Positions 63,446 through 64,000 of a DNA stretch of 64,000 nt are shown here, one piece after another. Location of the stretch: contig NC_083412.1 of the NCBI RefSeq assembly GCF_020745735.1, positions 59,424,320 to 59,488,319 of the forward strand. The letters run 5' to 3'. The notes under the pieces were generated by a model. That model saw only the letters and a program-made list of their open reading frames with translations, searched no databases and had not been told where the DNA came from. Within the stretch, counting starts at the first letter, position 1; each line of letters begins with the position of its first letter. This DNA is from Hemiscyllium ocellatum (Eukaryota). The position numbers and the translations under genes were made by a program.

Positions 63446-63765
63446 CATGGTGGCTCAGTGGTTAGCGCTGCTGCCTCACCAGGGACCCAGGTTTGATTCC
63501 AGCCTTGGGCGACTGTCTGTGTGGAGTTTGTGCATTCTCCCCGTGACTGCAAGGGTTTTGTCCAGGTGCTTCGGTTTCCTCCCGCAATCCAAAGGTGTGC
63601 AGGTCAGGTGAATTGGCCATGCTGTTGTCCATAATGTTCAGGGGTGTGCAGGTTAGCTGCATTAGTCAGAGGAAGTGTAATAAGGTAGAGAAATGGGTCT
63701 GGGTGAAATACTCTTTGGAGGGTCAGTGCTGACTTGCTGGGCCAGACAGCCTGTTTCTACACTAA
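63446..63765 (+). mobile_element. HE1/V-SINE
   Basis: atggtggctcagtggttagcgctgctgcctcac... Confidence 0.88.
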
Positions 63766-64000
63766 GATTTGTATGAATTTATGTGTATATTCTAGGCTAT
63801 TGTTTAATTGAAACAGGAGATTCCCACTCTTATATGATGTACTGGCTCAATGCAGCTGTAAAGGGCAAGTGGCAAGAACAGCCATTGAGAGCTGGTGACT
63901 TCTTTCCAGATACATTGTTGGGATCTGGTGATATGGCCAGCTGTTATTATTTATTACCTCTGGGTCCGAGTGGAATGGGAGTGGGAATGAGACCTGGTTA

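Noticed and set aside
1-64000. Prokaryotic systems (CRISPR, operons, rRNA)
   Set aside because: The window is spliced vertebrate DNA; no spacer arrays or rRNA-like sequence were seen.

Overview
This is vertebrate genomic DNA from a cartilaginous fish: it carries HE1/V-SINEs, shark-type CR1 LINEs, Penelope-like and Tx1 elements. Most six-frame ORFs are decayed transposon fragments; the real genes are spliced and largely missed by the ORF track. All three genes are on the + strand. (1) The last two coding exons of TRIM45 (5445-5571, 7263-7411). (2) An apparently complete, non-rearranging VJ-type Ig receptor resembling NKp30/NCR3: leader 17117-17153, V(J) exon 17270-17620, and stalk/TM exon with a transmembrane Arg 25108-25205, about 161 aa, behind an ETS/ETS-IRF/RUNX promoter. 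(3) The signal-peptide exon (56234-56282) of an unidentified secreted or membrane protein whose remaining exons were not found in the window. Upstream of it lies a tandemly duplicated ~1.5 kb promoter-like unit (about 44955-46430 and 48620-50350) with NF-kB, ISRE, GC-box and ZNF143-type motifs and a nearly identical core. Penelope terminal repeats across the window carry minimal hammerhead ribozyme motifs. Gene identities rest on recalled family sequences, not database searches, and repeat boundaries are approximate.
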